Part shown: positions 53,801-64,000 of the stretch, in pieces
Position numbering within the stretch: the first letter of the stretch is position 1
How the letters are laid out: each line of letters begins with the position of its first letter
From: Cycas panzhihuaensis
Lineage: Eukaryota > Plantae > Cycadophyta
Length of the DNA: 64,000 bases
Direction: 5' to 3'
Assembly: GCA_023213395.1 (NCBI GenBank)
Contig: CM041465.1
Span: 192,579,741 to 192,643,740 of the forward strand
Notes under the pieces: generated by a model
What the model was told of the DNA's origin: nothing
Databases searched by the model: none
Seen by the model: only the letters and a program-made list of their open reading frames with translations
Program-made: the position numbers and the translations under genes

Positions 53801-55358
53801 AAACCGTTATGATGTCCACTTTGTTCCTTTCCATACCTAATTTTTCATAACCCTTTCAACTTGAATATGATACTTTGGGTTTTGGCCTAAGCATTATTCT
53901 CATAAAAGCTTTTTATCCCATTGCATTTAAAATCCAAAAACTTAAGGACCATAAGAGTCAACTATCCAACTATTAGAAATAGATGAAAGAAATCATATAT
54001 GTAATAGACAAGTGGCATCAATACCTCTTTGGCTCTAAGTTTACCATCTTAACTAATCACCATAGTCTTCACTACCTATTAGACCAACTAGTATTGTTTG
54101 AAGAGTAGGTCAAATGGATTGATTGCTTATAGATATTTAATTTTACCATCAGCTATAAGAAGAGAAAATATGATATTATCACTAATACCCTCTCTTATCT
54201 ACCTTCTAGTAGTGAGACTTTTCCAAAACCCCTTATCCATGCTATTTCCACACCTTAATTAACTTAGGTAAAGGACTTGGCAAATGAAAACCAAGCCTAA
54301 TTAAACTATTTCCAATGGAATTCTAAAGCCTAAAATCATAGGGACCAGTGCACTCATAACAATCTTGTTCTATATAGATACCATATTTTTATCCATCTAA
54401 CATCCACCTTTATCCCTTGTGTCCTAATAGAATACCACTCCACTCCTATAGGGGTTTATTTGGGCTTCAACAAAACATATTGATGTATTCATGTATATTT
54501 TTTCTAGCCATATACGAGACCACCTATCCTCATATTATTTATAGAATATGATACATGCCAAAGAAATAAGATTGATATTAAGGCCCAACCCAGACTTCTT
54601 CAACCCTTACATATTCCACAAGTAAAGTGGCAAGATATTACCATGGATTTCATTATAGGGTTACTACTCTCTACCGGGTCTGATTTAATTTGGGCCATCA
54701 TTGACATACTAATAAAAGACACCTATTTTCTCCCATTCCATACATCATATAAGACACCTTGCCTTGTTAATTTATACATCTAAATTATATTCTACCTTCA
54801 CAAGTTTTTATCTACTATAGTATGAGACTGTGATCCCAGGTTTACTAGCACTTTCTAGTAAGAACTTGTTAGAGTAGCAAGAACCTCCTTCAATATGAGT
54901 TTGGCCTATCATTCCAAAATAGATAACCAATTAAAAGCCCTTAACAAAATAGTAAAAACTTACATGAGATGATTTATCTTTAAATACTAAGCCAAATGGA
55001 CCTCCTAGCTATCCCCTGCAAAATATTGATATAATTCTTCTTATCATTCAATGAATGACATGTCCCCATTTTTATCTCTTTAGGGATATTCCCCACCATT
55101 TTGTCATATACTAGGCACTAACCTTCACACTATGTTTGTCCAACAAAAACTCTAAGATATAGATTAAATTTTTACCACCCATAAATACAACCTAGCCATA
55201 TCCCAAAACTATATGAAACAACTTATCAACTGCTAATGTTCTAATTGTTCCTTTTCCATTAGCAACCTCATCTTTGTTTGTCTTTAACCTTATAAGTAAC
55301 AATCCTTTAAGATCCATAAAAGTCAAAATCTTAGCCTACATTACTATAGACCATACAA

Positions 55359-58300
55359 TGTAGTATACTAAACATCTACTACCATTGTCACACATAGCCT
55401 TAAGTATTATCTAATATAGACATAATGAAGAAGGTATTTCATGCATAGAGTAGTTACTAATGAAGTATCTCAATGACACGATTTAATTAAATTATAAAAC
55501 ACACAATGATCAATTAGAAGAATAGAAAAAAATTATGTAAGTTCTATGTAGTTGTTCGAATGAATTCCCACCTTTTTATATCACTTGCCAAGTACCTTTT
55601 AACATCTCCCATTAAATATTCAAATGCTAAATTAGTTATTAAGTTTAATTAATAGCTAACTATTATGATTACTAACCAAGTTGTAAGAAGTGCAACAAGA
55701 ATCTCTCTCATGCCCCGCACCCTCCAGATGCTTTACTCTTAAAGCATAGGAATATTAGGGAACCTCTTTAAGGTCTCCTCAGATTCTTAGGTGGTATTAG
55801 TGGGTGGATTGGATTATTATTTGATTAAATATTCTTTGATTATTCAATGTCATAATTATTTTGTATGAGTTTTAAAAATTACCTATGGGGTGAGAACAAC
55901 TTGGTCTTTATCATTGAGGATGGGGAACTCTAATTAAGGAACAATCTGGGACCCAATTTTTAGTTTGAGGCTAAAGACATAAAAGACATTACGAATCCAA
56001 GCTTTAGGCATGTCTAAGGTATATATAATGGCATTGATTTACTATAGTATTTAAAATGGTCCATAAAATTAAGGGGTAAGCTTTTCTTTTTTAGAGGCTT
56101 AAAGTGAAGACTATTCATAAGATTGAAGTCTATTAAAGACCTAGTCACTTGCATTAAATTAGTATTCAGAATAATGGTTATTGACTTGTTGCTTCATATG
56201 ATTCTAGGCTAATTAAAGGTTATTATTAAGAGCTCAAATCAAGTCCTTCATTTATTATTAAATTTATTCAATAGTTAGTGCCTTGTTTAGATTTTTAAAA
56301 AATGAATTAGTATATGATGGTAGATAGTCTTAAAGTGATAGAAAGGGAGACATCTTTATAACTAAATGGTATGAAGCATTATATCAATACTCAACTGAAT
56401 GTAACCACTACACCTATTAGGGTTGCTTATGTTTAGTGAAGCAACATAAATAACCTTTAAGGCATTTATTAATGACCTCAGTTTAGGCATTTATTTGTGG
56501 GTGGTAGGCAGTACTCATTTGTAACTATATATCAGTTAACTAAAATAGATTAGTCCAAAATTTACTGGTGAACTTAGAGTTGTAGTCACTGATAATTATT
56601 TGAAAAAACCCATAAAGATGATGAATGGTCTTCATAAATAAATAAACAACTTAAGATACAGATGCTATGCTATAAAGAGGTATAAAATATGCATATTTTG
56701 TTAATCGATCTACAACAACCAGAATAACACCTTCACTTGCATATTTGGGTAGGCCTATAATAAAATCCATACTGATGTCAATCCACTTATGATTTAAAAT
56801 AAGTAAGGGTTGAAGTATACTTAGAAGCTTAATTGCTTGTACTTTTTATTATTGACAAGTGTCATAAAAGGCAATGAAGTGTTGAATATCAATTTTTTAC
56901 CCTGGTTGGCAAAAGGACCTTTTAATGTAGTCATAAGTTTTATCAAACCCAAAATGCCTAAACGATAGTATAACATGCCCCTCCTCAAGGATAGTCTCTT
57001 GTAATATTCAAGCTTGATACAAGTAAATCCTATCTTTATATAATAATATCTTTCCATAGAGTAACTAATTTGGTGGGGCTTTAGCTTGGAGGTACTCTTA
57101 TAACCTAGATTTTGGTATTGTGTTGCTATTATAATCGACGTGGAGTTGCTTGATCTATACAAGAAGTGTTGTGGAAGTAGTATCACAAGAGTCTTATTCA
57201 TATTTTCTGCATAATCTATCAGCCATAGCGTTGTCCTTCCCTTTCTTATATACAATATTAAAAAATTAAAACCTTGAATCCTTATAAGCCATTTTTGATA
57301 CAACTCATATAAGATTAATTACTAAAGAAGATACTTAAGGCTGTGATGGTCTATATGCACTATGAATTTTCCTCTAAAGAAGTATTGACACCATTTAGTT
57401 AAGGCATGAAGGATGGCCAAAATTTCTTTATTGTAAGTTGAGTAGGTTTATTTACAAAGATTGAGTTTCCTACTCTCAAATATTATGGGCCTCTTTTCTT
57501 ACATAAGGATGGTACTAATACTAGTTTCATATGCATTGTGATGTAATTCAAATGGCTTGGTAAAAATGGGTATTATTAGAATACGGGCAGAGATAATTCT
57601 AACCTTTAAGTTGGTGAAGGCTTGTTCTACTAAATCTAACCATTGAAAGGTATTTTTCTTGTAAAGATTGGTAAGTGGGGTTGTAATAGAAGAGTAGTAC
57701 TGGATATAACAATTGTAGAATCTTATATGTCCCAAGAACCCTAAAAAAATCATGATTATTTTGGGTATTGGCTAGTCTATAATGGTTTAAATTTTATTAG
57801 AGTCAATTTGAACACCATGGATGGAAATAATATGGCCAAAATATTTGATTTATTATTAGCCAAAATGGCACTTGATTTTCTTGGTGAACAAGTGATTCTG
57901 GCTCAAAGTTCTTAACACCTTATCTAGATGATTAAGATGTTATTGCTAGTTTTATTATAAATTAAAATGTCATTGAAGAAAACTATGACAAACTTGCATA
58001 TAAAGGGAGCAAGTACCTTGTTCATTATGACTTGAAATATTATTAGCATATTTAGGAGAACAAAAGGCTAATATAATCCTTAGTGTGTTTTGAAGGCTGT
58101 CTTAACACAATCAATTATTTTGATAAGGATATGGTAATACCTAGATTATAAATCAATTTTTGAGAAGAATGTTGCACCATGAAGTTCATTAATGACATCA
58201 TCCATTCTCAGATTGTGATATTTATTTTTTATCATAATTGCATTTAGTGCTTGGTTGTCAATACAAAGGTGAATAAACCCATCTTTTTTGTGTGCTAGGA

Positions 58301-60952
58301 TAACTAAAGCTATATAGGGACTTTTATTATAAGTAATAACCTTGAGTTACAACATGTCATTGGTAAGTCATTCAAACTCTATCTTTTCCATATAGCCATA
58401 TTTATAGGGGTGGATAGAGACATAACCTTTTCTTGGTATGATTTTAATAATGCATTCTATACCATGATTTAGTGGAAGTCTAATTAGTAGGGATTAGAAG
58501 ATTGACTTATGTTAGTACAAGAGATTTTGAAGGGCATGGGTTTAGTTTGGGTTAAGAGATTCTTTTGATATGTTTACCTTGATAGAAAATAAATGGATAA
58601 TAAATCTTGTATGTCCCTCATTAAGTAACTTATCTATCTTTGTTGCTGAGATGACTTTAGAGTCAAGTGTTATGATTCTAAAAAATTGATGTAGCTTCCC
58701 TTCTTAGTGAAAACAAATAAAATTATGATCATGATTCAGTGCAATGGTCCCTAGCTTATAAAGCCACTTGATTCCCAAAAAGATATTTAATGTTTCGATG
58801 GGAAAAGCATAATAATTAGTATTGAAGGAGAAGGAATTAATTTGCAATTTCCAAGATAGGAAGTTTCTCATCACAATTAATTTGTGTTTCACTAGGTACT
58901 TTAATCTAGAATATTGTGGTCCTATCAATAAGGATACCCAAGCAAATGGTCAACTTAGTATCAACGAAGTTATATGTGCTACCTAGATCAATAAGAACCA
59001 CCATATTTTATTTTTATAGCTTGATTGTATTGGGTTGTTGTATTTAAAAAACAACTACTAAGGAAATAGATGGTTAGCCACACTTAATTAGTGGCTATTC
59101 TTTGGGGATATTTTTGTTGTCTAGAATGTGTAGTTCTTCTTTATCCATGTCAACTTTAATTATGTAGAACTAGTTTCTTTTGGGGCAATCCTTGAGGTGT
59201 CATATAACCTACTTGTCATTACATTTCTTGTAATTTTTTATTTGATATTAACTTCTTAGTGTCCCCTAGTCAAGTAGTTGTTATTAGGTAGTTATTAAAG
59301 CTAGGGCGATGCTTAGGAGGTATGTAATAGGAAATTTGTATTTATTGTTTAATTTAGCTTATTTAGCTAGGACTATAACTTTCTCCATGGATTTGGGATA
59401 GAACATCTTGGATTTAGTGCTAATACCATGCTATAGATTTACTTAGTAAAATTGATAAGCTTCTTAATTAATTAAAGTAGTCTTGAATTGTAATTTCTTA
59501 AAGTTCTCTACAAACTCCTTGATTGAAGAATCATTTTGAAAGCAGTGAGATGACTAGACTATGTTGGGGGTGGAATTGGGTCCTTCAATGTGAGTTTAAA
59601 CTATATCAATAAATTATCCCACATAATACATCATTGGTTGGAATAATAATCTTTAGCCTAAATATATAGGTGCCCTTCCATGTGGATGATGGCAATATAA
59701 ACCTCTTTGCTTATGGCTATGACATTGATGTCTTTGAATGTAACATTCAATTTAATTACCTATTCATCAAAGTTGACTATGCCTTTAATGCTAAATTTTA
59801 GAATAATAAGCTAGTTATTATACTTAATAAGTGATTAACTATTAGTATTATTAGACTTATGCTAAAAGTCATGTGATTCACCCTCAATATTATTGGCCTT
59901 ATACTGAGAGTCATGTGATTCACCCTCAGCTTCAATATGCTTGGCTATGAGTTTATTGATAGTCTTATTTATTTATTTTATCCACTATTCTATGGTGTCG
60001 AGGTGATTATACATATCCTTATTGGTGTCCTCTATTGGCTATTTATGATCACTTTGAATACTCAATGGTGGTAGCTTTAACTGATACTAATCAAAGCTCC
60101 ATAATTAAAGGTTATTTTATATTTATTCCTTATAGTCTTATATGAGAGAAATTTGTAACCCTTAACTAAAGGTACCATGTTGGTCATCCCATGTGATTAG
60201 AGATTAGTGTGTAGGGTATTTAATCAGAGGAAGACAGAAGAGAGAAAGATGGGTATGAGAGCATTATCTGGTAGAAGTATGAAAATAACTAATGGCATAA
60301 AACTATGGCTGGCAAAAATTTAATGAAGATGGACTGCAACTGAGATAAGCTATAAGAAAAATACTTTTATTAGGTATATAAAGGAAATGAAAGACTAGTG
60401 ATGAGGCTATGGTCAGTAGTAATGACAAATAGAGATAAAAGCCTACATGATACCATGGAAAAAAGGGTAGGAAATATAAAGGGTAGAATAACAAAATTGA
60501 GAAGCACTATGCAAGGAAATAGGAGTGTTACAATAGTCTCACCATTTGGAGGGAGAGTGCACTTCTTTGAGCTTATAACAAAGAAAGATCCCAGGTCCTG
60601 ATCTAATACCAATTATAGTAGACCAAGAGTCTATTATTGTCTTCACACATAAATTCAAGTATTATCCAATGGGGGCATAATGAAGAAGGTATTTCATGCA
60701 CACAGTAGATATTAATGAAAACTCTCAATAATAAGATTCAATTAAATACAAAAACACATAATGATCAATTACAAGAATAAGGTAAATTTATACAAGTGGT
60801 ATGCAATCATTTAAATGACTTTCCACCTTTTTATATCTCTTTCCAAGTATATTTTAACATCTCCCACCAACTATTCAAATGATAAAATAGTTATTAAGTT
60901 TAATTAATAGCTAACTACAATGGTTGCTAACTAAGTTACAAGAAGTATAACA
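55359..60952 (-). mobile_element. Full-length decayed chromovirus-like gypsy, inserted inverted into the host integrase GPY motif
   Basis: 339-bp LTRs 55359-55697 and 60614-60952; perfect TSD TACAA; PBS tggtattagatc (60600-60611). PR, RT, RH and INT remnants (ORFs 58704-58928, 57499-57753). Removal restores the host YYRPYKVL**IGEVAYALEL. Confidence 0.92.
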
Positions 60953-61345
60953 TACAAAGTACTTTAATGAATTGGTGAGGTTGCTTATGCCCTTGAACTT
61001 TTGTTGGGTACTAAAATCCTTAATGTCTTTGATTTTCATGCCTTAAGAAGTACCTTGGTAAAAACACTTTCACCAAAATAACCCTACCAGTCCTCAATGA
61101 AGAATAACTTCTCACCATCCCACCAAAGTAAATTTTGGCTAGTTGACATCACCACCTCCACAACATGACCATCTTTGATTACTTGGTGCAATGGGTCAGC
61201 TATGGACTAGAGGAAGTAATTTGGTAAACCTCCTTCACTTTAAAGACTCAACATCTCAAGGAGGGGGACTTGTTATATAACCACTTATGGCCTACAAAAC
61301 TTGCTTATATGTCTTTGGGACTAAGGCTCCAAGTGTTTAGTGGTA

Positions 61346-64000
61346 TCTGCTTTCCTGGCCATCGGAATGGACTTCATGACACATCGACTGGTTTGTGTGT
61401 ATATGCCTTTACTTTGCTTACTTATGATCGCAAAGAATTGGGAATGGTTTGATTGACATGTGCCCGCCCATATGCACCGCTTTGATTGTTTGTTCATTAT
61501 GCATGTGCCTAACTAAGACCTTTTAGCCTATGACGACTCACGGGCATTCATCGTGAATGCGACACCGTATGGCATACAACCACCCACGACGCTCCATGGT
61601 CTTTCGGATTCTTTTGCCACTGTTTATGCGTGTTACACAAGGCCGCTTATGTTGCAAACCCTTTCTAAGCCTCGGTTTAACCCTTAGTTAGGTCTTTTGC
61701 ACCGCTTTGAGCACATGCCCATGACTTAAAACCGCTCTTGACTAATGTATTTTGAGTTTAATTTATGATTTTACCTTAAAACCCGATTTCTTACTTTAAT
61801 TTTCTGCTTTTTGTTTGGTCTGCATCACGTAAATTAAGCTGATCATGGAGTTTCAGGCGGTACCAAGGCATCTGCGATAAACTTAGCTGCATCGCTAAGT
61901 TTATCGTGACGATCGCTTAAAATTTAAAAGAGAAACCACGCGATGCTGGCCGCGATTTTTCATGACCGCTGGCGTTCTAATCAGTTGGGGCGCCGAGGGC
62001 CCCAACGCTCACTCGCTTCACTCAAGACATAAAACCATTTTTCATTCATTGGCATTATTATTCACCTCACTTTTCAACTTTCCTAGAGCATTTTCTTCAC
62101 AAAGAGACAAAGAACAAAAAAAAGGAGAAGAGACATCCTCCTACCGTGGGATCGAGGTACAAAGGGGCGCTATTGCTGGAGGTGCAGGGCCATCACGCCT
62201 CACGGAGTCTGCTCTAAGCACTCTTCCTCTTCATACATTCTCAAGGCTTTCAAGAGGATTTTTCACCAAGAAAGACCATCGCAAGGAGCCATTTCCAAGC
62301 TTTTGACTTGCATGAGGTTCCACTACCTTATTCTCTTGCAAGGGACATGCAACAACACCTCATAGGCATTGGTTGGACCGCACCAAGCTTCCAAGGACCT
62401 ACATGCTCTCATTTCTCATCATTGGAGGTATTTGGTGTCCCTTGTTAAGTGCCTTTTTTGCTTATTTCTTCATTGCTTACTTGCAAATCTTTTCCTCTCT
62501 TTGTGCATGTATTTCCTTGAGTTTCCTTGATCATTTGATGCAAATAACCGTAGCGGTTGTGGCCCATTGAGTGTTGCCCTAGGCTAGGCCTAGTTTCTCA
62601 CTTGCCCCCTAAACCCATCCTTTTCCTCCAACCCTTCTTCGCCATTTCTTGGGCAAGCCTAAGATAAAGGGTTACACGAGGGTTAGAGGGAGATAGGCGG
62701 GTTCCGTCCCCTGCCGCCCTACTCCCCAAGGGTTCCGCCCCTTATCCTCTCCCCTTTATCTCCCGCTTTTGTTTAGGAAACGGGCTAGAGAAGCTTTGGA
62801 GAGTCGGTTTGAATACCCGCCTTGGTATAGGCTATCCGCTGCTACACGACCCGCCCCTGTTACATGCTAGCATCGCTTCCCTTATATCCTGTGGAGACCT
62901 CGTGGGTGAGTTAGCCATCCCGAGGCTACACTCAATCCCGCTTTGGTGCGTTGGTGGTGTATATCGATTGCATATGTCGTGTGACTTCGCTTTCCTTTCA
63001 TTGCATGTTAGTGCTTAACCGTATCTTCCTAGCTTAGTTTATTTTACTTGCACATATATACATACCTTTTGTATCTCGTAGCCTCTCTCTCGAGAGGAAG
63101 GTATTCGCTTATTTGCTTGCAGGAGGCGTTGAACAAAGGCGCGATAGGGTCGACCCGCTGCTTGGCCGACGCTTGTTTGGCACGTTCTCCCTTTTGTTTG
63201 TGTCGCTTTGAGCTTTATTATTTTATCGCTTCGCTTTAGTTAGTGTTTATTTGCTTTGGGAGGTAAGTGATCCCCCATCACCGCTTGCAACCGACGTCGA
63301 TACGAGGAGGACGACGGAGGAAGCGCAACCGTGGACGGACACTGCGTCTCAACCACGGATCCGTATTCTCCGCTCACCTTCCATACCCTTTTTTCGTGTT
63401 TCCACGCTTTCTTTACACTTGCTTTAGTAGTTAAAGAACATAAGAAAAAGGGGAAGAAATAACTATTTAGTTTGTACTTGCTTTTTACTCGATTTACTTT
63501 ACTTGTACATTTCTTTGCTATACCCGCAGATTATGGTATTTGAGATCCCGTGACCGATCCCTCCTTAGCCGCTCTTGCATATATTTTACCCGTGACACGC
63601 TCGGTTGGTTGCCCCTTCGCCGCTTTCTCATTGCCTTGAGAAGTAGCGGCGCGCGAGTTTCCTTTTCCCCTTCCCGGCCATCCAAGGGTAGGAGGGTCTC
63701 GCCTGCACGGCCACTGGAAGCAACCAGCACCTTGCAGCCCTGCACTCAAGGCCTCCCAAGACGGACGTCCGCGAGGTATGATCCTCGTTCTTTAGCCTAT
63801 TAGCCCCGTGGTTTTGTGTCCTTCCCGCCAGCGTTGGATCATTGCCCGTGGAGAGCGTTTCATCGCGACCATCCGGGACCGCCAAGAAGGGAGCTAGATC
63901 CGCCTCCCTTCGTGTTGGTGCTCTTGCCTTTAGGTAGGCTCGCATTTTGCTTTTGAGTTGGGCAACCCCAACGGGTTTGCGGCTTTCCTTCCTTTTCCTT
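61346..64000. mobile_element. Young, CpG-rich non-coding sequence, probably a large LTR inserted in the preceding 3' LTR; extends beyond the window
   Basis: Abrupt switch to high GC/CpG where homology to the 49291 LTR stops; no recognisable protein domain in the short ORFs. The exact start is uncertain. Confidence 0.6.

Larger units (their letters stand above)
49291..61345 (+). mobile_element. Decayed chromovirus-like Ty3/gypsy element with nested insertions
   Basis: 5' LTR 49291-~49694 (tgttacataaccact), PBS tggcattagag at 49697, RT FFFDNILIYS (~53425), INT. The GPY motif is split at 55358/60958. A chromodomain-like DYLVQW (~61177-61195) and PPT gagggggact precede a 3' LTR start tgttatataaccact at 61271. 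Confidence 0.87.

Noticed and set aside
59867-59928. 20-bp direct repeat agtcatgtgattcaccctca
   Set aside because: A small local duplication in a gag N-terminal region with no further significance evident.
61334-61380. Faint similarity to the Tat LTR terminus
   Set aside because: Only ~15 nt after assuming deamination; not supportable without an alignment.
61962-63945. GC-rich ORFs of 60-114 aa on both strands
   Set aside because: No recognisable domains, overlapping frames, and expected by chance at this GC content.

Overview
This is AT-rich plant nuclear DNA (likely a large-genome non-flowering seed plant or fern; this is inference) made almost entirely of nested, mostly decayed retrotransposons. 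I found no host gene, RNA gene or CRISPR array. The main structure is a ~22.3 kb minus-strand Ty3/gypsy Tat-type element (19312-41601) that splits an old Ty1/copia gag. It carries GAG-PR-RT-RH-INT, a stand-alone archaeal-type RNase H remnant downstream of INT, and an antisense Plant Mobile Domain (PMD) gene remnant that appears to contain an intron. Its gag holds a full-length Tork/Tnt1-like copia (31709-37959, TSD ATATG), which in turn holds a 943-bp TRIM + chromovirus-LTR composite (TSD TGAAG). Also present: a 5'-truncated L1 LINE, two solo LTRs of the Tork-like family with perfect TSDs, a ~1.07 kb (AT)n tract, a gag-only non-autonomous copia derivative, and three chromovirus-like gypsy elements, one nested inverted in another. 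A young CpG-rich, probably LTR, sequence runs off the right end. Older elements show pervasive C>T/G>A decay. All alignments and translations were done by eye.
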